From: Nitrospirota bacterium
Lineage (GTDB): Bacteria; Nitrospirota; UBA9217
Assembly (NCBI GenBank): GCA_963663225.1
Contig: OY760142.1
Span: 704,001 to 768,000, forward strand
Length of the DNA: 64,000 nucleotides
Reading direction: 5' to 3'
Shown here in pieces: positions 9,101-17,149 of the stretch. The number at the start of each line of letters is the position of its first letter. Positions within the stretch are counted from its first letter, which is position 1. Position numbers and translations under genes: made by a program. The notes under the pieces were generated by a model. It ran no database searches. It was not told the origin of the DNA and worked only from the letters and a program-made list of their open reading frames with translations.

Positions 9101-11004
9101 TATTTAAGCTCCGAAAAAACATCTCCCTCTGTTTTGAGGGCAGCGTTCGAGGAAAACAAGAGAACCTGCGTCTTGGAGCCGAGGGAGCGGAGAACCTGAT
9201 ATGCGGCTTTCTGACGTGCGAAATCGAAGCCCGCAAGCGGGTCGTCCAACAAAACCGGCATCCGGAGCTTCCCCACAAGGGCCTCAATCAGCCCGATTCG
9301 AAGGCAGAAATAGACAAGATCTCGGGTGCCATGGCTCTGGTCTTCAAACCTGATGACGGAATCGTTCTTTGCGTGAACAAGCGGCGGTCCGCCGTTCTGC
9401 CCCATATCCACCCTGACATATTTACCGTTGGTGATTGCTATGAGGTTTCTCTGGGCTGCAGCTTCTACCGCAGGCACCAGTGTTTCCAGTTCTATTCCTC
9501 CGATTCTACTGGCAACTTCAAGCTCAACGGTGAATCCTCCCTGTTTTCCGCTTGCAGGCGGAGCAGAGAAGTCCGCCGTCAAATCCGGCATTTCTGCAGT
9601 AAAATCCCAGGATGGCTCCGAAGGAAGCGCCGAGCCCTCAATCCGTTCGATGTCCTGACGTATGGCATAGGTATCCACGTTATATTGGGCTACAGCTCGC
9701 GCCGCCTTCTCCAGATCAAGCGCTTCCTGCTGCCGCTTATTGTATTCCTGCTGCAGCGCTTCCGGGTCGGCATCGTTGACAAGTCGGAGGCGCTGCTCTT
9801 CAATATCCGCTCGAAGCGAAGAAAAATAACGATAATTATCTGCTTTTTCTTTCAAGTCTCCCGGAGTGGAGGCGCCCACCGCCTTCATGCTGGCATATAA
9901 AGACGCATCTTCCTGATCCTTGCGCTTCTCCAAATCGTTGCGATCTTTCTCCAGCCCATCCAGCTCCTTCGCGAGTGAACTGCGCCGCACGTTTTTACGG
10001 GAGCCGTTATACCACGCAGCCGCCATCAACCCCGCTGCCAGGAGAACACCAAGCGGAAAAAAATGTTTATACTCCTCCGTAAGCAAGAACACTCCTGCAG
10101 CAATCGAAATAACCCCCAATACAATGCCGCCGATAAACAATTTATCGGTGACAAGATTTACCGAGGGGATGCCGGCAAGCTGAATCCTCAATCCTTCCAT
10201 CTGTTTGTTCAGGTCCTCTGTTTCGACCAGTCTTTGCCCGTGAAGCCGTTCATGTGTCTCAACAAGCTCGTGCAGGTTTTGCGGCAATGTTGCGCAGGCT
10301 TTAAGCTCATCAAGCTTTGCGTCGAGCTCCTTTTTCTTCTGATCTATGTCTTCGATAGACGCAAGTTTTTTGCGTATCTCGTCAAGAGCAATTTTAGCCG
10401 ACTGCGCCCGGTATTCAGCATCTGCGGCGTCCTCAGCTTTTTTGAGCGCCTCGCGGAGCTCGGCAAGCCTCGCCTGGTCTGCGACTGGCTGCCTGACTGG
10501 AGAGCCAATGGGTTTTGCCGGTTGTGTACGCGGCGCCAGTACAGGCGCAGATGCAGGCTGAGCAGACCGGTCTGCATAGTGGTCTCTCTTGAGAATAAAA
10601 ATTTTTGAAAAATCCTCTTCCGACATGCCGGTGGTAAGTGTGGCCATGAATGCTTCTGCATCGTTCCAGTCTTTATGAAGAAGGGCAAATTCCTTCTTTC
10701 CCGGATCATATTTGGAAAGGTTGACCGCCTGCTTTGAAAAATCCTGGATAATACGGTAATAGGCCCCATCGCCGGAAAACAACACCAGTGCCCCACGCGA
10801 GGCGTCAGGCTTCTGCCGTGACACAAGCGCGTCCATCGGCCCAGGCTGGCTGCTGGGAAAAAGCAGCCGTTTCGTGGTCTCCACTGCAGTGGTCTTCCCC
10901 GCTTCATTTCCGGCAGCTACAAAATTAAACCCGCTTTGAAATCTTAACCGTGCGAGTTCCCGAAAGCCGCGGATTCCCTGCATAACAAGTTCAACCAGGA
11001 ACAT
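9100..11004 (-). CDS. YhaN/SbcC-like split ABC-type ATPase with coiled coil and two central transmembrane helices
   Basis: Walker A AGNEAGKTT, long coiled coil, hydrophobic pair LFIGGIVLGVISIAAGVFLL / FFPLGVLLAAGLMAAAWY, signature QSHGT, Walker B VLLDDP; stop overlaps the tmk start. Confidence 0.8.
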   Translation of the reverse strand: MFLVELVMQGIRGFRELARLRFQSGFNFVAAGNEAGKTTAVETTKRLLFPSSQPGPMDALVSRQKPDASRGALVLFSGDGAYYRIIQDFSKQAVNLSKYDPGKKEFALLHKDWNDAEAFMATLTTGMSEEDFSKIFILKRDHYADRSAQPASAPVLAPRTQPAKPIGSPVRQPVADQARLAELREALKKAEDAADAEYRAQSAKIALDEIRKKLASIEDIDQKKKELDAKLDELKACATLPQNLHELVETHERLHGQRLVETEDLNKQMEGLRIQLAGIPSVNLVTDKLFIGGIVLGVISIAAGVFLLTEEYKHFFPLGVLLAAGLMAAAWYNGSRKNVRRSSLAKELDGLEKDRNDLEKRKDQEDASLYASMKAVGASTPGDLKEKADNYRYFSSLRADIEEQRLRLVNDADPEALQQEYNKRQQEALDLEKAARAVAQYNVDTYAIRQDIERIEGSALPSEPSWDFTAEMPDLTADFSAPPASGKQGGFTVELEVASRIGGIELETLVPAVEAAAQRNLIAITNGKYVRVDMGQNGGPPLVHAKNDSVIRFEDQSHGTRDLVYFCLRIGLIEALVGKLRMPVLLDDPLAGFDFARQKAAYQVLRSLGSKTQVLLFSSNAALKTEGDVFSELK

Positions 11005-11178
11005 AATAATGCCCCTTTCCCTTGATATTTTGCTACTATAACGCAAGTACACCGAAGTTGCAACAGGGAAATGGCTTCCTCTTCCGCAAAAAACTGATTG
11101 CAGACCGGACATTACAGGCGACCTGCACGCACCGGCTCGATAATCTCCGGCGCGATGTCATCATGCATGCCTGGCTTT

Positions 11179-12705
11179 TCATGAACGCTTTTGCAATATA
11201 TTTCCGAATAGCTCTGCTTCTTTGATTACTTCAAAATATTTATCTGTTGGATCCGAATCCCCAGTTACAAGCGCGCCTACCTGTACATGCTTTTTCCCAT
11301 CCTTGACCGTGATGGTGGCGGAGGCAATATTGAAATCCATATCGCCATTATTAGAAAAGTATCCAACAACACCGGCAAACAGACCGCGAGTTGCAGGTTC
11401 AAGTTCACCAGGAATTTCCATGCAATGCGCTTCTGGATCATCCGTTCTCATCGCTCCCGAAAATGCCGCAGAGATGAGGTCAACACTATTTCTGCCTTGT
11501 TTTAGAACGCCTTGCATGGTCGAAGCCGTGCTGCATTTTTTGTCGGGACCGGTCCTTTCTCTTTTGTTTACAATGATACTGCCGGGGTTGAGCATGGCGC
11601 CCAAGCCGTTGTTTTCAGCATACCTGTGCACAATGGTATGGGCAGGCTGTTCTATGATTTTTCCCGCAGCACCACCTTGCGGATGTGTCATTGTCGGCAA
11701 TTTCACATCAACAATTCCATCATGACATCGCACAAGGCGGTCATGCGAAAAGCTTACGGTCTGCAGATCTTTAAAATCAAAATGCGCGACGGAAGACGAT
11801 GCATCGCTCTTGTGCAGTATCGTGTGCAGTTGAAGAACATCCTGAGAATCTGTCGCAGCCGAAAACCGCAGAGACACAGTCGGTCGGCAAAGGTTTCCTT
11901 TCAGAATGGAGTCTTTGCATCTTCTCACCCTGTTTTCAAATTCAGACCTGGTAAGATCGGGAATGAGCGGACCAGCATTTCTCGTATCGTCGCTGGCCGG
12001 GAAAACAGCCCGCATTTCTGTTTTCGACGCTTTCTCAAGTTTTTGGGCAACATCTGCAATCCGAGAAACTGCTTCATCATAGTACCGCTCACCTTGTTCA
12101 GGAGCGGGGCGTCGGAACCCCAGCTCCTGCTCGCGGGCTCCTGGGTTTACGATTATCCATGCCTTATCCCGGCTATGGTCAAAAGCAAGAACCATATCAA
12201 CGAAGGCAAAGTAGGTCTCCGGAATTTTGATGTCCGTTTTTGCACTACGCGATACAGCGCTATGCTGTCGTGCAAAATCATACGAAAAAAGACCTATGGC
12301 GCCGCCGGTGAAAGGTGGAAGGCCGGCAATGCGTTCGGTTTGATAATTTGACAGAAGTTCCTTTAGCTTTTCCAGCGGCTTACGCCTCATTGTCGCCCGT
12401 TTTCCATATTTACCTGCAGGCGTTTCAGGCAAGCTGATTTCTACTTCATCACCATATGATTTGAAGATAAGATATGGATTTTCCGACACGAAAGAGTATC
12501 TTTTTGCCTCCTTGCAATCCGGGATGCTTTCGAAAAATATGGAATATCCTTCCGAGCTCAAGGATTCAAGCGCCGAAATAGGCGTAAGCCCCGGAAAGCC
12601 GATCTCTGCGTAAATGGGCAGCATTATTCCCGTTTTGATGGAATTGAGAAAATCTATTTTTTGCGGCCTGAGTGTATGCATGGCTGGAAGGAATTTTAGT
12701 TGCAA
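11179..12705 (-). CDS. Anthranilate/aminodeoxychorismate synthase component I-like protein (TrpE/PabB fold) with degenerate catalytic motifs
   Basis: N-terminal FFES...RYSF, PPFTGGAIGLFSYD, AFDH; C-terminal ELEPATRGLFAGVVGYF, GDMDFNI, VQVGALVTGDSDP; start uncertain (12705, 12681 or later). Confidence 0.8.
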   Translation of the reverse strand: MQLKFLPAMHTLRPQKIDFLNSIKTGIMLPIYAEIGFPGLTPISALESLSSEGYSIFFESIPDCKEAKRYSFVSENPYLIFKSYGDEVEISLPETPAGKYGKRATMRRKPLEKLKELLSNYQTERIAGLPPFTGGAIGLFSYDFARQHSAVSRSAKTDIKIPETYFAFVDMVLAFDHSRDKAWIIVNPGAREQELGFRRPAPEQGERYYDEAVSRIADVAQKLEKASKTEMRAVFPASDDTRNAGPLIPDLTRSEFENRVRRCKDSILKGNLCRPTVSLRFSAATDSQDVLQLHTILHKSDASSSVAHFDFKDLQTVSFSHDRLVRCHDGIVDVKLPTMTHPQGGAAGKIIEQPAHTIVHRYAENNGLGAMLNPGSIIVNKRERTGPDKKCSTASTMQGVLKQGRNSVDLISAAFSGAMRTDDPEAHCMEIPGELEPATRGLFAGVVGYFSNNGDMDFNIASATITVKDGKKHVQVGALVTGDSDPTDKYFEVIKEAELFGNILQKRS

Positions 12706-12736
12706 ACAAGAAGAGGGTCAAGATAATTCTATAAAA

Positions 12737-12765
12737 TTCACCTATCCTGAAAAATATGCTATACT
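12737..12765 (+). promoter_or_regulatory. Sigma70 promoter with extended -10, pointing into the structured intergenic element
   Basis: TTCACC, 17 nt spacer, TATACT with TG at 12757-12758. Confidence 0.6.
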
Positions 12766-12822
12766 ATAAGTAAGCTATTTCTTGCTGGATCGTAAGCTCT
12801 TTGAGAAGTTCAAGGGTTGTTG

Positions 12823-13138
12823 GGCGTTGCCGAACCATCACCGATAGGTGTACAGATGGTAACCCGTTATAAAGTGGAATAGGTACCGTTCTGGCGAATT
12901 ACCGAACCGGCAAGAGAGCTGCTAGTTGGGCAGTAACTCTCCCGGTTGTTTTACAGGTTTCCACCAGGACGGAAGAACTGAATGCCACTAAGCTTCGATT
13001 TCGTATAAGCGGGGAAGTTCTATATACACGAAGCTTCACAGGGTCTGCAGTGCGGAGCCGCAGAAGCAGGTTGTTCTTCCTGACAGCTGCCGAAGCTCAG
13101 CGGAATACCAATACAGGTTCGATGGCAACGCCTTTTTT
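12823..13138 (+). ncRNA. Candidate large structured non-coding RNA, family unassigned
   Basis: Closing stem GGCGTTGCC-GAACC (12823-12836) / GGTTC-gat-GGCAACGCC (13116-13132) followed by T6; at least five nested internal helices; upstream promoter; no long ORF. Confidence 0.6.
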
Positions 13139-13203
13139 ATTGTGACATTAGAAGTGCACTAGAGCCGTTTCCCTACCTTAATAATTACCCCTCATCTTTT
13201 CCT

Positions 13204-13232
13204 CGACAAAATAACAGAAATATTTTACACTG
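13204..13232 (+). promoter_or_regulatory. Putative sigma70 promoter for the thioesterase-trmN6 pair
   Basis: TCGACA, 17 nt spacer, TACACT. Confidence 0.5.
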
Positions 13233-13274
13233 GCTTAGTTTTTTCAAAACCTATCTTCTCCGAGACTAAACGAT

Positions 13275-13667
13275 ATGAACCATATCATGGAAATAAAAAT
13301 CTATTATGAAGACACGGATTGCGGAAATGTCGTATACTACGCAAATTATCTTCGCTACATGGAGCGGGCAAGAACCGAATACATGGCTGCCCGAGGATCA
13401 TCGATCAAAACGCTTATGGAGCAAGGATCGCTGTTCATGATCCTTCACGCAGAGGTTGATTATCGCTCACCCGCACATCTTGGTGACATCCTGGTTGTGG
13501 AAACCTGGGTTACGGAAACCACCGGTGCTACGATCACCTTCCAGCATACCATGAAAGAGAAAACAACAAACAGGCTTATCACGGAATGCAAGGCAACCGC
13601 CGTCTGTGTGGATGCAACCGGCAAACCAAAAAAAATCCCCCGCCAAGCACTGGAGAACCTGCGGTGA
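13275..13667 (+). CDS. YbgC/FadM family acyl-CoA thioesterase
   Basis: IYYEDTDCGNVVYYANYLRYMERARTE hot-dog motif. Confidence 0.92.
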   Translation: MNHIMEIKIYYEDTDCGNVVYYANYLRYMERARTEYMAARGSSIKTLMEQGSLFMILHAEVDYRSPAHLGDILVVETWVTETTGATITFQHTMKEKTTNRLITECKATAVCVDATGKPKKIPRQALENLR

Positions 13668-14392
13668 AAGAAGCGATTGCCGACACCATCTCGCTACGAG
13701 GAGCCGGCATTGTATCAATTCTGCAGCCAAAAAAGGGGCATCGTTTCACGCTTGACAGCCTTCTGCTCGCTGATTTCTGTCGTGTTAAACCTCGCTACAA
13801 CGTGCTTGAGCCTGGTGCTGGAACTGGCATCATCTCCATCCTCCTCGCAAGAAAATTCGCACACATAAAAATTACCGCCGTCGAAATACAATCAACAATG
13901 GCGGAGCTTTGCCGTTTGAATATTACCCAAAACGGCCTTACTGACCGTATAACCCTCGTCGAACAACCCATCACGAATTTGCGGAATTTTTTTCATCCAT
14001 CATCCTTCGATCTTATTGTCGCCAATCCACCCTATTTTCGAACAGGCGCCGGAAAGCAAAGCCCTTCACCTGAACGCTTTTTTTCACGCCATGACCGATT
14101 CGCCTCTCTGGATGTATGGCTTGATCTTCGGTTTTTTTTAAAAAATAACGGCCGGTTTGTTCTCGTTTTTTCAGCGGATCGTTTCGCAGATGCTATCACC
14201 TCGCTTCGGGTTCGCGGTCTAGAACCCAAGTGCATACGCTTCGTTCACTCCCGGCAGGAAAAATCGGCGTACCTTGTTCTGATCGAAGCGGTAAAGGCTG
14301 CCGGAACAGGTCTTGCAGTGCTTCCCCCGCTGATTATTCATGCATGCGGTCAAAACTATTCAGAGGAAATGAAAGAGCTCTATGGTTTATAA
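13664..14392 (+). CDS. tRNA1(Val) A37 N6-methyltransferase (TrmN6/YfiC-like)
   Basis: QPKKGHRFTLDSLLLA, LEPGAGTG, ANPPYF; GTG start overlaps the upstream stop (GTGA). Confidence 0.88.
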   Translation: MKEAIADTISLRGAGIVSILQPKKGHRFTLDSLLLADFCRVKPRYNVLEPGAGTGIISILLARKFAHIKITAVEIQSTMAELCRLNITQNGLTDRITLVEQPITNLRNFFHPSSFDLIVANPPYFRTGAGKQSPSPERFFSRHDRFASLDVWLDLRFFLKNNGRFVLVFSADRFADAITSLRVRGLEPKCIRFVHSRQEKSAYLVLIEAVKAAGTGLAVLPPLIIHACGQNYSEEMKELYGL

Positions 14393-14590
14393 TATTGCGG
14401 TTCTCACAACATAACCCTTTCATAAATAGTCTTTTTTGGTCTATCTTGATTTTACCAGTAATCTCTGATAAGGTGCTCTCAATAATGGAAGTTACCATTA
14501 TATCCCGCGGATGATAGTGGCGGAGACCGGTTTTCTCGATGCGAAAATCTATGTATTGCGGCATTGCGGTCTTACGATAAGGAGATGGAT

Positions 14591-15316
14591 ATGCGATTAC
14601 CGCTTGGAATACTGTTGATTTTGTTTCTTCTTCTTCCCGCATGTGCCGGGCCTCAGCCTGCACCATCGTGGAGTCTCAGCTATACACCTCCTGCTCATCG
14701 CGCCGTCTTCCGGGATACCATATCAATCTTGCTCATAAAACCGGTCTTTACGGGCTTGCAACAAGTAAGTGATAACGAGAGCGAACAACCCGGCCCTGCT
14801 GATACAATTGCACAAGCTTATAACACTGACTTTTGTTTGCGTCTGCAGGAAGCTATACAATCGGATATGGAAAAGATTTTCAAAATAAGAGGAATTACCA
14901 CAATTCATGTTGCCGATTCAGTTGAGCAGCTAACGCCTGGAGACAAGCAGAAAGCAGACATTGTGGTTACAACCAGTTTCAGCTTTGGGCCTCAGATAAA
15001 TAATTCACAAACGATATATCGCTACTTTGGCGGAGAGTCAATTGTTGCAAATACAGGCACTTTACAATTTGCCGGAACCGTCACCGTTGAATTTTTCGAT
15101 CCACGGTCAAACAATAAAGTCTTCACGAGGACGGTAGACGCGGCTTCTCTCAGCGCTAATACAACTGTCGAGTATGAAAACCAGAGTGAAGCAGAAAAAA
15201 AATTCAAAGATCAACTGAGCAGGATTTATCCGGGTTTAATGGAGAAAATTGAGAAAAGCATAACTGCCGACGATTTACAAGTTGTCTTAAAAAAGATCCG
15301 AAGTCGTACCGAATAA
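14591..15316 (+). CDS. Putative lipoprotein (possible remote HpaA/NLBH-like fold)
   Basis: SD AGGAG 14580-14584, signal peptide with lipobox LPAC; the fold is a weak impression from GTVTVEFFDPRS. Confidence 0.7.
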   Translation: MRLPLGILLILFLLLPACAGPQPAPSWSLSYTPPAHRAVFRDTISILLIKPVFTGLQQVSDNESEQPGPADTIAQAYNTDFCLRLQEAIQSDMEKIFKIRGITTIHVADSVEQLTPGDKQKADIVVTTSFSFGPQINNSQTIYRYFGGESIVANTGTLQFAGTVTVEFFDPRSNNKVFTRTVDAASLSANTTVEYENQSEAEKKFKDQLSRIYPGLMEKIEKSITADDLQVVLKKIRSRTE

Positions 15317-15859
15317 GTCCGCAAGCTTGATACAATGACCGGTTTGCAATATACTGAAACAAAAATCGATTATTCTTGTCGGACACCTCCTGCCTTTTCT
15401 CGATCAAATTAGCATCTGATCGAATACATCTGTTTTCTATTTTGCCGTCCGGCCTTATCGTTTTCAACAGTTCCGTTGACTTTCCACACACGCTGTTGAA
15501 AACCTGTTACTAATCCTGTGAAACTGTTTTCATCGTGCGCTGCCAATGCGTATCGTATGGAAACTGCTTAAGACAGTGGCACTGGTGTACCAAAAAATTT
15601 AACCAACTAAATATTATCCGAAAAAAGGAGCATATCGAGAATAAACTTATCGAATGGCGCGGCATTCTTTTGCTTGAACGTTCGTGTGATTATTCATTTA
15701 CAGCGCTTGCCACAAAAACCTGAAATATAAACTGCCGCACACGCGCACACGTAGAACTTATCCAGAAAGGAAAGACCAGGATAGTAGATGCAGATTTAGG
15801 AAGGATTAACCTCTGTAGCAAACCAGTTTTTATAAATCCAGCTTGTTCTTAAAGCTTGT

Positions 15860-16288
15860 TCAGCAGGCTCCATTAATCGGCTGGACCGGTGAAACCATGC
15901 AGGAAGTTTCCGGACTTTTTTGCCCCAATGCTTCAATTGCCATTTCTGCGATGTCCTCAAAGTGAAAGGGTTTCTCAATACACCGCATAATTCCCGTTTT
16001 CTGCACCAGCAACTCTAAATCAAGCGACCAGGAACCGGTCATAATAATCACTGGTATTGAAGGGTGGTTTTTTTTAGCATATTCAATAACCTGATACCCG
16101 TCTACATTCGGCATCTCCAGGTCTGTCAGGATGAGACTCACAGAATTGGATTTGGACTGCAGTATTTCAATTGCCTTTTCACCATCTTCAGCCGTTAAAA
16201 TATTAAAATTCCTTAACGTTAAACCAAAAAATGATGAAAGTGAATGAAGAATCATTCGGTTGTCATCCACAATGAGAATACTATCCAT
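15860..16288 (-). CDS. Single-domain response regulator (receiver)
   Basis: ILIVDD, LILTDLEMP, IIMTG, IEKPF; SD AGGAG. Confidence 0.92.
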   Translation of the reverse strand: MDSILIVDDNRMILHSLSSFFGLTLRNFNILTAEDGEKAIEILQSKSNSVSLILTDLEMPNVDGYQVIEYAKKNHPSIPVIIMTGSWSLDLELLVQKTGIMRCIEKPFHFEDIAEMAIEALGQKSPETSCMVSPVQPINGAC

Positions 16289-16936
16289 ACTTCTATCTCC
16301 TTTGGTAAGTCTGAAAAAAAGCTACCCTGCTGTTGCAATCGTGCAAATTTAGCACTTTATTATGTTTCTTGCTGAAAAATATAACATAACTTGTTGTAAA
16401 AATTACATTTATTTTTTCAAGGTTCCAATTAGCAAATTTATTTTTAAATATACCATATTAAAAAGTAAAAAGTAAATCACCAAATATGGGTATTTTTTAT
16501 GGTGTACAAAAAAAACAGTTTGCAATTTTATGTGCATTCTAAATTCCCTGTTTCTCCCCCTGATTCTTATGATTTTTATGCAGCATATTTTGTTGGTAAA
16601 GTACTATTTATGCCACCAGTATTAATTAGATTAGTACTTGTTCATAATAAGTTCAAGACTAAATTAAACATCAGATCTATGGCGATAATAAAACATAAAA
16701 ATGCATTTTTAGAAACTCTTTATACGAATGTATATCCTTTTTTCATGCTCAATAAATTCGTCACCCAAATAGCCACGTATTACGATGACTCCTTTTTAAA
16801 AGCTATTGTATTTTATGACTCCGATCATGAAATATCAATATTTACATATTATTATTGAGTTTTTTTGCGGCTCTAGCATACCGAAAATCTGCCCAAAAAT
16901 TAGTGGCTAAATTGGTACTTTACCCTTAAAAAAAGC

Positions 16937-16965
16937 TTGACACTCTGCCAGAAAATCTCTATCAT
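16937..16965 (+). promoter_or_regulatory. Sigma70 promoter of lactate permease copy 1
   Basis: TTGACA, 17 nt spacer, TATCAT; implies a ~270 nt 5' leader. Confidence 0.7.
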
Positions 16966-17149
16966 ATGAACCGATTTATCGTACTGCACGTCTTATCATC
17001 ATTCATTCACTACACCAACACAATTTCACCCGATGGAAAAGAGCAGGATAGTTGCAGATGTATGCTCAAAAGGGGTGCTTTTTGTGTAGACTGGAGGTAA
17101 GCAAAAAAGAACCGTACAGACTCAATCTTCCATTCAGTAATTGCTCTAT

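Noticed and set aside
12823-13132. Assignment of the structured element to tmRNA, RNase P, SRP, 6S or a cobalamin riboswitch
   Set aside because: CCACCA at 12961 has no T-arm in front and there is no GGGG 5' acceptor strand; GAGGAAAGTCC is absent on both strands; the SRP AGCAG motif is missing next to GGAA; it is too long and branched for 6S; GCCACT...GGGAAG is present but the rest of the B12 box is not.
15655-15675. Possible sigma54 promoter (GGCATTCTTTTGC)
   Set aside because: GG-to-GC spacing is 9 nt, not the required 10, and no plus-strand gene follows.
16499-16858. 119 aa ORF in an AT-rich spacer
   Set aside because: No SD or motif, and its composition simply reflects low GC; more likely the divergent promoter region.
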